NCBI GenBank assembly: GCA_030141605.1
Contig: JAQGDQ010000080.1
Span: 434,001-498,000 of the forward strand
Direction of reading: 5' to 3'
From: Tubiluchus corallicola
Taxonomy: Eukaryota; Animalia; Priapulida
Length of the DNA: 64,000 bases
Positions 1 through 13,900 of this stretch are shown here, piece by piece. Numbering within the stretch: position 1 is the stretch's first letter; every line of letters begins with the position of its first letter. The translations under genes were made by a program, and so were the position numbers. The notes under the pieces are model-generated. The model did no database searches and had not been told where the DNA came from. It saw only the letters and a list, made by a program, of their open reading frames with translations.

Positions 1-319
1 GAAGTATATTAAGGGTCCTCAACGGTCAGATGCGTTAATAATGAGCTAATTACATTAGCTCATTATTATTGTGCTGGTTTTTTTAACTATTATTATGCCT
101 TGTACATTGGTTGTTTCCATCACATTTACGCTAGTTTTTCTACCAAAAGATGCTGATAAATGTTTTTGGAATCTTTGTGTATGGCGCACGCGATTATCTG
201 CAACGTTTTCATTTGCGTTAAAAATAATGCAATAAAGGGGTTGTTATAATTTATAAAAATTTATGTTCACGTTCATTTTGAATTCAAGTGTTGTATGTTT
301 TCAGTCAAGTGATAGGCAG

Positions 320-406
320 CAAAGATAACAACGGCAACAACTGTGACAACGACAATGAAAACAACAACCACAACCACAACAGCTACAACAGCAACTACTA
401 CTACAA

Positions 407-439
<33 letters not shown>

Positions 440-532
440 CGACGACGACGACGACGACGACGACAACGACAATGGCAATGACAAAGACGCACAACGCAAC
501 ATTTATGATATGCAATGACGATGACGATGATG
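320..532. repeat. Compound trinucleotide microsatellite (CAA/ACA)n grading into (GAC)n and (GAT)n
   Basis: Direct reading: pure CAA run about 409-440, GAC run about 440-463, degenerate flanks. It explains the poly-N/T/V/C ORFs at 273-555. Confidence 0.95.
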
Positions 533-928
533 AGCATACATACTCACACGATTAAGAACTTCAGTATCGGCAATGGCAACAACTACAACATCTTAGTAAT
601 AAATTGTTTTCGCCAGTACAAGCAAGTGTGATGGCTTATATAAGTGTGACTCATGTTGGGGGTGTTTGTACGGGGCCCAATCACTGCACTATGCTTCCTT
701 CATGCGCCATACAAAAGTTTGGCTTCATCAGCACATCCTACAGAATTTATCTTAAGCAGAAACTGATATGCTTGAGCCTGCTTATGCAGAATACACTGCT
801 CAAGGCGTCTCCTCATTTCTTGGCTGAGTTATTTAAAGTTACAAACAAAGCAGACGGTCGACATTTCGATTCTACCACAGTGCTGCTGTGAGCATAAAAT
901 TATCTCCTCAAAGTTTCTTCTTAAGACG

Positions 929-1386
929 GTAAGTAGACGGCGGAGTATTTTACGTATCTAAAATTGCAGATATGATACGCATATTTCCAGTCAGTTTTTT
1001 TATTTAAGAACGTTTACCTAAAAGAACACTTCGGCAATATCTCGCATCCAAAGGCATGACATTACAAACGTAGTCGTGCATGTCTGAGTATAGCTGGGCA
1101 GAATGGTTTGAATTATTGGGTAGTAATTTCGAATTGTCGAAAGTAATTTAGCTAAAATTGATCTGTAATTTTGATATTTTTTAATGTTGTTACAATGGCA
1201 TTTAATATTTTTGATCAATGTTCGATCATATGACTACATACACAACTGTTTGTTAGAGGCACGTCTGTCTTAGTTAGAAAAACAACTTAACAGGGCGTCA
1301 TGACTCAGCACGTTATTGCATCCTTTAAAGTTATAGCATTTTATTTTGGTTAGCTTCGTAATCACACTCATTTACATTTTCTGCAG
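929..1386 (+). other. Probable 5'UTR intron of the TRIM-NHL gene
   Basis: Consensus donor ACG|GTAAGT at 929 and pyrimidine-rich acceptor TTTTCTGCAG| ending at 1386, upstream of the ATG at 1501. Confidence 0.6.
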
Positions 1387-1500
1387 AGCCAAAGAAACAC
1401 ATTTTAGTTGGCTGAATTTACTTGGATAAAGCAACCCGTCATCTTTGTCACCGAATGATTCTTCTATTTGAGCTCTTAAGTTCTTAAGAAACGCCTCACA

Positions 1501-4500
1501 ATGAATAGCAGTGGAATGAGTACACCTGCTGAAGGTGAAGCAGAGGTCACCTATGCCATTCAGAAGCTGGAGCAACTCTTGACATGTCCCATATGTTTAG
1601 ATCGATACAGAAACCCCAAACTTCTGCCATGTCAGCACACATTTTGTTTTCAATGTTTGGAAGGATGCGAAGACATTGTCCGAAGACAAGTCAAGTGTCC
1701 AGAATGTCGGGCAGAACATCATATTCCTTTCAAAGGTCTAGACTTTTTCCCAAACAATCTTACTTTGGCAAAATTTTTGGAAATACCAGTAGCCACCCTG
1801 GCACTACCGGCACCTACTGCAGGAGGGGATATGGCGGAAGTCATAGAAAAGTTTGCACATTATGGACAATGTGCCAATTGTGAGGAAAATGCAAATTTAT
1901 CCAAGTGTGCTCATTGTAATAATAAGATATGTGGAGACTGCAAGCATGGTCACATAGATGGAGCACGCAGAGAAACGGTACGGCTTATCAATCAAGGCAA
2001 ACGAACCATACCAAGACTGATAGAAGCAATTGATTCCTTAACAGTTGATGCAAACAGACAAAAAACCAACTTAGAAAACATTAAGCAGGATATCCAAGAT
2101 ACTTGCAAACGAGTTGTTAAAGATGTACAAGACAGAGAGAATCTAATGCTGATGCAAGTTGAAAATGTCCAGAGAAGTGAAAATACAGCCGTAGTTTCAC
2201 AACTGGAGATGTTAGAACAAGAAAAAGTTAACCTGAGTAATCTCACATCCAAGTATGAGGACAAAGTGCGCGACCCCAAAAGCAACCTTTCTGATGATGA
2301 TTTGATTAACCTAAAACGAGACCTATTTGAAAGCTTGGAGATAGTAAGGCAGCTTAGTTTAGATGTCATTGACCAACATGCTAGAGTGAGATTCGTTGTA
2401 GATTACGAACACATGAAGACTCAGCTAAACCAGTTTGGGGAGATTAAAATTGCTGGAGGTAGGCCAAGAGAAGTGGCTCCGATAAGTGTCCCACAGATAA
2501 CCTATCCAGAACCAAGAAGTAGCATTCAAGACTCTTACACACGGCCATCTGGTAGAGCATCTCCTTATAATCGTCCATCATATCTCCAAAGTGGAGGCGG
2601 TGACTCAGATTCAGAAATACCTTTTCCAAGTCGCAGAATTTCCAGTGATGTGAGTGGTCCTAGTACTGGTACTAATAGATACAGTTGGGAAGGTGGTTCT
2701 CGGTATGGAAGTAACAGGGACGAAATTTCAAACGATTCTACAGTAAGCGGCAGACTTTCGCGCTTAGGAGAAAGAGACAGAGATAGAGAAGAGACATACA
2801 TTACAACTCCAACTCCCATAAGGCGAAATGCTGGCGATTCGACTTTAGCAATAATGATGAGATACGGACAAACGCCTAATCTTGATGGTGACTCTCCACC
2901 AAGGTACTCTGCCGGACAGACAGGTAAAGATAACACCTAAAGAGATCACATTTACTTAAAAATTCCTCAGTAGGGGGTCAACGGCAAATTCATGTAATTT
3001 GAACTAGCTTTGTATCTAGTAAAAAGTCATTGCATCTCGAAGAACTACACTAAAGTTCGAATCAATGGCTTCATTGTTATTCTGCTTATTTTTTCAGCAC
3101 GAGATTCGGCTAGGTCCACACCCGCCGGAGATGAGGAAAGGTGAGAAAATAATAAATTCTAAAGAAGATAAAAGAAAATATTAAAGCTTTAGCTTAATTT
3201 ACTTTTTCCTTGCCCAGCAGCAAAGGTTGTGCGTAATTGCGTATCATGTCATGAAGGAAAGTTGGGCTTACACATATACGCTTAGCCGAGCCTGAGTGAA
3301 CGATTACAATGAATTTTAAAATTTGCAAGGTAATTGCATAACTTGCCTGTCCTAAGAGTCTCTTAGAGCTAAAGCGTTTTATTTTCTTTTACATGTTGCA
3401 CCGAAAACACAAGAATACGATTTCCAATTGTTTTTGAATGCACCTTGATTTCATTTCATTTAACTTTGCCGTAGAACTATAGCAAAATAATATAATAATT
3501 TAACATAATAGCCAAAAACTATAGAGCGATGTTGGGTTATAATAATAATCATTATTATCATAACAGTGCATGTATTCAATAATGATCGCATTCGCATTAA
3601 TGTTTGTTTTAAATGGTGTGAGATTTCCGGCTGACTGAATTCTAACCATGCACAGGTTGTCTAACGGCACTGGACAGAGAGAGCACTCAGAGCCAACTGT
3701 CCGCTTTGAAGAACCGCAGTCTAACAGGTTGGTCACATCGTGACAGTGCATTCGTACCCTGCAATGTTAATTATATTAATTAAGATTATTTAAACATAGA
3801 AAAATATTAGCATTAGCGGTAATTATTTATACGCATATCTCAAACCCATAACTTTTGCTTACTGATTTCTTTTCTTACTATGCTTATTCTTGCATTGTAA
3901 TGTGCTTGACATTTTTAAAGCTAGAATACATGTTAGGTATGTACTAATGTCCTAATACCTCGTTAACAACTATGAAGAAGCTACACACCGGCACTGTGTG
4001 CTGTTCCGATCCATAACTCAAAAACAAACTGAAGATATTTTTTATTTTAATTATAAAATGTGCTTTTTTTCTACTACTTAAGATTGTAGTGTTCCAATCA
4101 CACTTCCGACGATGACATGGTATGGCATGGCATGGCATGGTATGCCGTCGTAGAAAATTAATAATTTGGGAATAGTTTGTTGTAGTATTGCCAGTCTATA
4201 CTACTATTGTCTGACTAGCATTTATCATCCTTCTCTTCTGTGCCCTGATCGAATGGTATTGTTTTTCAGTGGGATCACTTTCCGTAGGTGGTGATTGTTC
4301 CTCGACACATTCCAATACATTAACATAGCTAGTTTTTAGGTAAGTTGACCTGACTAGCGAAAGTTCAACTTGCCAAAAAGCGTATACTTTCTCCAACTTT
4401 TTAATTAAATATTGATCAGATTGGTTGCATTGGTCTCGCATGGTTTGCTTGTTTCCGTGTACAGTTTTATTTGTTATTTGTATTTTGTATATAATTATGT

Positions 4501-7500
4501 AATCCTACAACAAACTGTTCCGAGCTTTTGGTGGATCAATATCCACTTTGTTTGCTGTTCCTGAGAATAAGGTACCTGAAGTTTCTACTAATAATTACTA
4601 ATAAAGTAACTATAGTTAAGTTTTTATACGGCGTTTAGTCCATATAAACGTGTCATCAGTTTGCCACAACTTCTTAAAAGCAAATGGCGTGGTCCTTGAT
4701 ATCCTACCCAATTTTGAACTACGGTAAAAAGTATACCTTTTAACACCTATAATAATGCCAAAGCGTTTCTCATAATTAAAAAATAGGTCAAAATTAACGG
4801 CGGTAATGGTATCATAGCTGAACATAATTTTTAACAGCATAAACATTCTATGAGCGTGTTGCACGCGTTTGCGAAGCGATAATTCAAGTACAGTGCTACT
4901 GCACAACATTCAGTGTGATGCACAAAAACACTCGAATTTTCTCACCCATGAGCTCTCGAACTTGTGCACTTTTTCACAACTAAACGCTTCTGAACTGAGA
5001 GGTACAGCACCTGTTTTTGTGCAACGCGTTTCCGAGATGCAGACACTATTGCCCGTCTAACTAGCGAAAGGCAAAATGCCTGTAACAGCGCAAAACTAGT
5101 CTGAACGCGCCATAACGAACAAGTCATTTTTGAAAAAATATTATGCTCCCTTTCAGTATTTCGTACGGCAAATTGTTTTGAACCATAGCTTAACATCCTT
5201 TAAAGCCTTGATCTCAAGCGCATTTTAATAGTCTACGTTCAATCACTCGCTATCTATTACCTTGTGCATGGTGATGGAGGCAGTATATGGCTGATCAATG
5301 TGATGAAGCATCAATTGGCTAGGAGACTATGCCAACAAAGAAAAAACAAATTAAATATTTTGAAAGATTAATGAAAGGAAAAGGAAATATGCTTTATTCC
5401 TCTTACAAGCACTGCAACAATGCAAATACAGTGTTAATGGAAATTTTATGTTACACAGCTAAGGGTGGCAGCTAAAATACTTTCAGCTTCATTTTGTTTT
5501 TTATCCTTGCAATATTTATAACATAGTAACTGCATAGAATGGTTGTTCTATTCAGCTACGTCTGCTAAAGCTTACTAATAGCTATTGTTCAAGCAGCAAA
5601 CTAAAATTATGCCATTTACATCCATTAGCGCTGACTTCCATTTTACGTACGTTTCTGTCTTAATACCTACGACTTGAATTTTCACGTTCAGACGTTACTA
5701 ACAAAATATGAGTGATTAGAACGTCATATCAGTTCAGAATGTACACGTTAACCTTACGAAATGTATGAAATTGTGCAAACGAAATTAAAGAAATTTCCTG
5801 GTCATTAGTTGTTCCCTATAATTATTGTTTCACTTACAATTGCATACTGTATTACGTATTAGCATTTTGACGTCAATAGAAGATTGAGTGGTACATTTGT
5901 GATATAGAAGAAATATATAACGTAAATGATATGCCAACATCGAGCTGCATGATCTACAAACATGTGAGAATTAACAAATACATTAGATCTATAAGTCTAA
6001 TCTGACTTAGTTGTGAAAATACAAAAAATTAATAACGTGATGTTAATGATTATATGTACCTAATATCTTTTTAATGTTGTGTCTGCTTGAATATGGAAAA
6101 TATTCTGAGATAGATGCAGGACTAATAACGCTATTACAAGCTGCTGCTACCCATTTTATAGACGTAGTGGTTACAACAGAGAAGAAAATAGGAACGCAAA
6201 CAGAAGCACCGTGGAAGAAACACGAACACCAGCAGCATCAGAGAATAGACGCAACCCTGACGGCACATTCAAAAGGCAAGGAGAAGCACTTTTGTTCTTC
6301 AGACTCTTTAGTAATTCAAAATGAACAATCACTCAAATATTCTCACTCTTAACATATATAGTTTTTTAAGGTTAAGCTGAATCGTTAGAGTCAAAATTAA
6401 AATTAATGTTAAGAGTGAGAATATTTGAGTGATTACCGTGTTTATAGACTTATTTTATTTTTTCAGCCGTTTCTTGCGGCCGAAAGAGAACCGTGATAAC
6501 ACGGATCGTACTGAAAGCACATCTTCAAGAGAAGCACAACCGCAAAGTAATACAACCACTGAAGATGTGCCTTCGACTAGCGATGAGACACGACCACCAC
6601 GCAGCCGATTCTGGCGACGTCGTGCTGCTTCACCTGAACCTGAACGCCCAAAGGACACAACAAAATCTTCAGCTGGAAAACACCGCTATGCAACTCGTCG
6701 CCACACCCTTGGCAGCACATTGTATGACAAAGAAGGTGACTCTGGTGATGACGAAGAAGACGATAAGACCCCAACACCATCATCTAGCATGAAGCCCTCT
6801 TTCACCAGTGAAGATGCTGAAAGAAGGCGCCACCGCTGGAGTAACAAAAGTGGTTCTGCATCGCAAGATGCTGAATCAAGCATCCACAAAAGTAGAGACT
6901 CTGAACAGTCTACCCCTAAACAGAGTTCTTTTAGAGGTAAAACGTATGACCCTGCTGCAAGAGCTAGGCATTTTGAAAGCTTTGAAGAGCCCAGCACGTC
7001 CAGTGGTTCTCGATACAGCAGATCCAATACAGCAATCTATAAAGGAGGTAGCAATGATACTCCACAGGCAGCTTCAGCAACATCTCGCAGCAGCCGAAGT
7101 GGGCCCCGTAATGATTATACAGCAAAAACGCGTTCCCAGAAAATGTTTGGTAACAGAGGATCTGAAGTGGGAAGATTCACCTGGCCCCGTGGAATTGCCA
7201 TTAATCCATGGGATAGCAGCATTGTTGTTGCTGATAGCAGCAATCACAGAGTACAGGTATTTGACTCTTCTGGTATCCATGAGCATTCATTTGGCAGCCA
7301 TGGTAAGGGCCAGGGGGAATTCGACGGCCTGGCTGGCGTAGCCGTCAGCCAGTCAGGCCTTATCGTAGTAAGTGATCGGTATAATCATCGCATTCAGGTT
7401 TTTGATAACACTGGCAGATTCTTACGTTCCTTTGGACGAGAAGGTGCTGTTGATGGACTACTAAATTATCCTTGGGGAATTTCCAGTGACAATAACAATA

Positions 7501-7967
7501 AAATTTATGTTTGTGATAAAGAAAACCACAGAGTTCAGATCTTTTCGATTGATGGTGCTTTCATCAGGAAGATTGGTAGTCGAGGATCTGGTGCAGGACA
7601 ATTTGAGCATCCACATTACTGTTGTGTACATTCAGGATTATTGTATGTGTCGGATAGCAGCAACCATAGAGTTCAAATCTTTGAAACTGACGGCACTTAC
7701 AAGGCTTCATTTGGGGGACAAGGAATGGGCGAAGGTCAATTTAATTTTCCTCGAGGGATTGCTGTGGACAACGAAGGCTATGTTATTGTTGGAGACAGTG
7801 GCAACAACAGGATTCAAGTTTTTAAACCAGATCGCACGTTTTACTGCTCATTTGGCAGTTGGGGAAGCGGTGAAGGACAGTTAAAAGGTCTAGAAGGATT
7901 AGGACTAATGTCTAATGGCAACATTGTAGTCAGTGACAGGGAAAACCACCGAGTTCAAATATTTTAA
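1501..7967 (+). CDS. TRIM-NHL E3 ubiquitin ligase (RING, B-box, coiled coil, long Ser/Arg-rich linker, 6 NHL repeats); C. elegans NHL-1 / Drosophila Thin(Abba) type
   Basis: Exons 1501-2923, 3098-3140, 3656-3727, 6162-6275, 6467-7967 join in frame (3153 nt, 1050 aa). C3HC4 RING CPICLDRYRNPKLLPCQHTFCFQCL...CPECR; B-box-like CANC...CAHCNNKICGDCKHGH; repeated F.G.G...G.F..P.GIA....I.V.D..NHRVQIF NHL blades. The three small middle exons are less certain than the two large ones. Confidence 0.92.
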
Positions 7968-10900
7968 TTAAAGTAAGTACATGCATATAATTTGCAATTT
8001 CTGCTTTTTATGGAGTTTGGTGTTTATGAAGAAATTAAATATGTAATAACTATCTACTAATTATTATTACTTATTATGATTTTCGTCGTTTGATATTACA
8101 AAGACGGCATTAATATGTACACATTTTGCATCATCCAGTACATGTAGGCCTACACCAACAATCTTTCCGGCTAAATATAGTTATTTTGACAATATAAGCT
8201 TATTAAGTGTAATATAAGCTTCGTAACAAGAGTTACGAATACGCGCCACTAGTTCTGCCTCTCATATATCAAGAGCGTCACAAGCTTTGCCAGTGAAATA
8301 TAGCAGGTCCTACAACAATTACAGACTGACAATCATGGACACATCTTCGACAAAACTTGATCAGCCCTAGCAATGATGCATGATTCTAAAATGTACTCTT
8401 CATAACTCAGTTCACGTTACTTCAATGTCAAACCCACAGTTCAAGGAATGCAGCCGGCTTCATACAGCAAACTAAATTTAGCACTCCAGAAGTTGGAAAC
8501 GTTGCTGCTTGCTTTTTACGTCACTAGCTTCGGAAGTTGTACATTACTCATCTTCCCAAATGTAGTCTATGACGATAAGCACAACGTGAGTTATGAAATT
8601 CTGAATATTTTTATGTCCTCGGCAATATTCGACAGTTTTATTTCAATTCGCAGAGCGCGGCTTGCATTTCTTTTTGCCTTAAATAATGCTGTAATTTTCA
8701 GACATATTTACTTCTTTAGTTTCGACAGACTAATGGATGTTTAAGTATTTTCTACGCAGAAATTTCGAAATGTCAACGAATCGTGCTACTGCGTTTCTGT
8801 TTTTCGTTTTTATTCAGGAATGTTGGTAGCCGGAACTTACACCGCCTACCTTGCTTGGCTAAATACAAGCTTATTTACATAGGCAATGACGAAGTTAGAA
8901 ATACGGGAATGATTTTAGCTCTACAATAGTAACATAATACTCGCAATTTACATGTACGTTATTTTAAATCCAGTCGACGGCAGTTGTTTATTGATTTTGC
9001 AAAGAATAGTAAGCTCAAATTGCAAAATATTAATGATTCTTAATTTTTAAAGTCGTTGTAAAAAGCTGAATTAATTATGGAACAAATTTATAATTAATAA
9101 ACTAGATTTTTTTAAATCAGATGTAGCCGAAAAAGAAAAATTTTCAAGCTAGCCACAGTTTTACCTCAAATTTCTGGATTACAAATCCAAAGATCGAACT
9201 ACTACGTACATCACACACTCATAGCACCCACCCACCCCGCGTGTAATCAAAACAGGCAATGTGGGTCAGCCCTGCAAGTTGCAACCTAACCATGCAGTGT
9301 CCCCGACTCCCTCGTGCACATTCAGCTGTTATAATGTACTTCTCACATTTTTGTCAGCTAGATTTACTTTCCAAAATTTTTGATACGTGTGTTGGAATTT
9401 GAATATTTTTAGCGCACAGCAGTAAGTCCGAAGCAGATCACAGCGCGAATTTCTAGTAAATATTAAGAGGCCGGAATCATTATAATCAAGTTGCCAGCGA
9501 AACAGTATCTAAATTACAATAAAGATATTGAGAGAGCGTAAATTGAGTGGTTACGCTGAGAGAAAGATGTTGCATTGTTCTGTTCGAATTCGGCATCTTA
9601 AATTTTTTCTGTCTTGGAAAATGCGAATTCCTTGAGAGTTCTATCTGTAAATTTTTCGTTTGCTCTTCTTCGTATTCTTTGACGGTGTAAACTTAAGCAC
9701 ATTCTTGTAATTCCTACAATAACGAAGGGAAACATGTATGCTCCCTCACAACACGTGGCTTATACAGCTTAATGACGCCACAAAGAGGAGAAGCAGAAAA
9801 AATGCTCACCGAGAACGCGAAACACAACAAAATAACAAAAGACATCAGTCCCATGATGTTTTCATAAGATAGAGAGTCTACTCATTTTGTTTGTAGTTTC
9901 TAGCGACCTTGATTTTGGCATTCATGTGGTGAAAAAAACTGCTAAAATATCAACAAATCTATTGAGAAAAAATACATCACTGATTCTGCATCAAGCCTTT
10001 TCCAACACCACTTAAAATATTAACAAGTCCTACACTAGGAAGTATACTCTTAGTAGCCAAGACACTAAGAATGACTTACTTTCTTTTATTCTTCTTCTTT
10101 TATCTCTTTAAAAAGTCGCACAATTAAAATTTGAATGCCTGTTCGCTGTCGTAAATTTTAGTTATTTACAGGTTTTGCAATTTTTAGTTGCGCAACTAGA
10201 CGCTGTAAGAGACCTAAAACGCTGTGTAAAATATTAAAATTTATAAATTCACACTTCCGCAATAACCGAATTAGACGCAGCCATTTTAACGGGAAGTCGT
10301 TTGAAATAAATTTAGTTAACATTACATAAGATTTAAAAAAATAATCAGAATATTGGTAGTACACTCTTCGATAACTAAGCGAAAGTATAAATTACTTTAC
10401 TAGTCAATAAGATAAATAATGTGTTTTGGTACTGCATACATTGAGAAGGAAGGCGATTCAGTGATGTTTTACCAGTTGGCGCAAACATTTTAAATTATTA
10501 AGAAGTTTCTTTTCCAGTTACGTAAGACCTTTGACTTATAAAGGATAGTGACCGAGCCACTAAAATCTGTCCTCATCTGACACTATGAGTTATCCATGTT
10601 TGTTTGCCTTCTTGCAGTCTCTTTATATTGTAAATTAGTCAAAAACAATTCTGGTGGTGTTCTTACAGTGGTTCCTTTAATCACGCCATGCAGTTTTTTG
10701 GTTTTCTTTTGTTGATTTCTTTGACAACAGTTTTGCTGATGACCAGGTAATGCAATTATCAGTTTTGAACTGTCTTTTTTGTCAGTTTGGCTGCTTCGGC
10801 GTTTGTGAACTTTTCAAATGATCGAATAATAGATCACACCTTGGTCTTTTGCTGAGAATGGGGGTGCAAAAACAACGAGTAATAGTACAAAGTAATGTAT

Positions 10901-13900
10901 TACCAAACTTGTTCAATCAGTTCAAAATCTACTATGTCCTCTATAGTAGAAGCCCTGCTCAGGGTAGCACCTCACGAAATTTAGAGTTATCCTTAAAGGT
11001 AATGTTAAGCTCGTTCCTATTCAGTGTTGAGATTTGAGAATATAAGGTTAATACACTCTAGCGAAAGTGGTGCTCATCATTTAATTAATTATGTAACGAT
11101 ACTCATGCAGCACAAGTATTCATACCCCAATTGCTAACTTCCCAAAGTGGACTAAGCGCAAAAAGTAACTCAAGTCCTATTTGTGAAAGTTGTTTGGGAT
11201 GAACTTTTTAAAAAATATTAAATCAGTCATTTTGACTGCCGTGCTTTTCTTTGTTAATTCTAACTGCAAACAAAAAAGAATTATACAGCGCCCCGCGAAA
11301 TGCATGAATTGAACTATTGAAAATCCTGAAATTTCTTACAAGCGAAGCGCTGGCTTGTACAGATGACCTAGTCTGAAGCCACTTTAGTATTACGTGTCAC
11401 TGGAACGTTATGAGAAACTCTACCTCCCGCAGTGGATATCTGGAATACAGTAAATGGTTTTTGTTTGAGAAATGCAATACTGTTACTGTTTGTTAAACCT
11501 ACTTAAACTCTGGTAAAAATAAAATTGCGAAAAGTGTACCAATGCCACAGTAAGTATTGCGCAATTCAAGGGGTTCTCTATACAATCACACCGGGTCACG
11601 AAACAAGGCGCCAGATTCAAGTTTGGGTTTCTTAACTTACAAGCTAACAGCTAAATCATACCAGTGTTTTTTCAACCTTAACATATATGCTTCACGAAAA
11701 AAGAAGTAACAAGGTACACAACCGACAAATGCAAACTTATTTGTTTATGTTTCGTCTTTAAGAGAAATGTTTATTTGCTCATTGGAGTAAAACTAACAAG
11801 CAAGTTGCACTCTACCAAACTCAGGAAAACGCATCAGACTGCAATTCTACGACCTTTCTTGCGTCACTCTCACTTATAGGTCTGCAATTACTGAATGTGT
11901 TTGCTAACAATTATAGTCAAAGCAACCGTAAAGCCAATAACAAAAACATCAGCAGCAACAATTGCTAATATTAATATTAATGACAATTTTTATTGAAAAT
12001 ATGTTCATGCAATTTCTACTGGTTTTTCCAGCATCAATTTTAGTTGTCATCTTTAATGAATTAAAGTAGAAAAAACAGGAAGTCTTATTCTGTCTCGCTT
12101 TAGCAGCTATGTAGGTGTAAATTTATTTCCGGAAATTCACTTGACAAATCGGCATTAATTAATTTGTGCTTTTAAGCGTAACTTTAAATCGCGGAACTGT
12201 AGATGTAATATTTAGCGCTAAATCAACGTGCTGTTATTTTTTCAGGTATGATTTCATAACGAATACGTTTAGAGACTGGTGCTGCACAATCTTGAATTTG
12301 AACGAAGGTGCGAAAGATAAATATCTACATTAACTTGACTGTTTAAAATAAGAGCTTGATAAAAGGATACTGCCAGTAATTACCTATCTACGCAATTAAA
12401 TCTTAAACGATGAGCCTGGATGAAGAAATATGTCATTGTGCGTTTGTTTTGGTGTTCTTGTCTTTTCAGCAATCAGTTGTAACCGAACAGTGAGCAAATC
12501 GAAATAGACCACTGGTAACAATAAAAGAATTACGAGAGAAAAACTATGTGCCCGATCACCTTCCCATGTAAGTGCCAATGTATTGTTTGTAGCAGTTGAT
12601 ACAAACCAGCTGTAACAACATGTTCAAGCAACGTGTCAGTGAACTTGTAGCTTATAAGTCGTCAAACCCAGTGTCTTACAAACGATTATCAAGGATAGAA
12701 AACGTTTGTGCTGCCCTCACACTAAACTCCCCTTCAGGGCTTTCACAGTTTAAGACTGATCCGACATCTGACGTGATTTGTCTGAATGACGCATTCAGCG
12801 CCCTCTTGTTTTTCTTCGCAACTTGATGATAAAATTAATGTTGTAAATCTGTTATTGGTTGATTTTTGTTTATTTGGATGCAACAAGCAACATCGAGTAG
12901 AAGGTACTGTAATGCTTGCCTGTATACTCGCTGCCGTCACATGTATGTTCAATATGAATGGATTCAAGTACTTGGTGGAAAGCTAGTGGTGTAATGCCAC
13001 TAACCTTAAACAAATAGCAAATAGACCTGAGACACCTCTGGCTCTGAACATACCTGTACTAACCTTAAGCTGTTGTTTTCACAAACATCAATTTATTTCA
13101 GAAAATGATTTTTCTGAGACAAAAGGAATATATATATATTGAAATAATAAGCTAAAATTAGTTTTATTCAAGCGAACAGGTCTAAAGCCCAGTGCTTAAA
13201 CGTAAATCACAGTGTTAATGAAAAACATGTATTTGATTTTTTCAACAGCTCGACAGATACCTTTCAACGTTTTCTCCCATGTGGCACAGTTTAACTGCCA
13301 AAAACAGGAAGCCAGTGTGTTTCTCGAATTACAGTCTCATTTCATCATGTTTTGCACTTCTGTGCAGCTAAACTGCCTGGCACACATCAGCCTTGCCCCG
13401 TTAAACTCGTTTCGTATTCAAATGAGGAGTTGTGGGGCTTTATCCCTAAGTTTACACAATTGACTTGCTTAACACTCTTTAATTTAGTACAGGCCTATAA
13501 GTGCCTTCACTGTCTTGCACCGCATGCAAGACAGTACTTTATTAGTTACATGTAACTTACATGTCATTTTCACTACTGCATTGTTAAGTTTTTATAATCG
13601 CATTTATATAAAAATCCAAGAATCAGACTGGGGTGTGGCTATATTATAACTATATAAAAGCGGAGTGTCAGTTTGAAAAGGCGCACTAGTAGTACGTCAC
13701 TGTTTCATCTACAGATACCTTTATTAAAATTTTATAACTCTTCGTTGATGCATTGTATAATACATTCAAAGTCATAAGTGACTTCGTTATTTTTTACATA
13801 ACTCAAATTAAGGCATTTAATTACATTTTGCTAAATTAATTACAATTGCTGTTCTTTTAAACTTAATAACTGTGTTTTGTGCAATATCTCTGCCCGTGTA

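Noticed and set aside
273-555. Homopolymeric ORFs (poly-V, poly-N/D, poly-T, poly-C/R)
   Set aside because: Artefacts of the triplet microsatellite; open in several frames with no gene structure.
2924-2940. ORF-track stop at 2940 and start at 6429, suggesting two separate genes
   Set aside because: Splice sites join the RBCC and NHL halves in frame; the ORF ends are read-through into introns.
4270-4287. Possible additional 18-nt in-frame microexon in the TRIM-NHL gene
   Set aside because: Phase-compatible, but the donor (TAG|GTGGTG) is weak and chance occurrence is likely.
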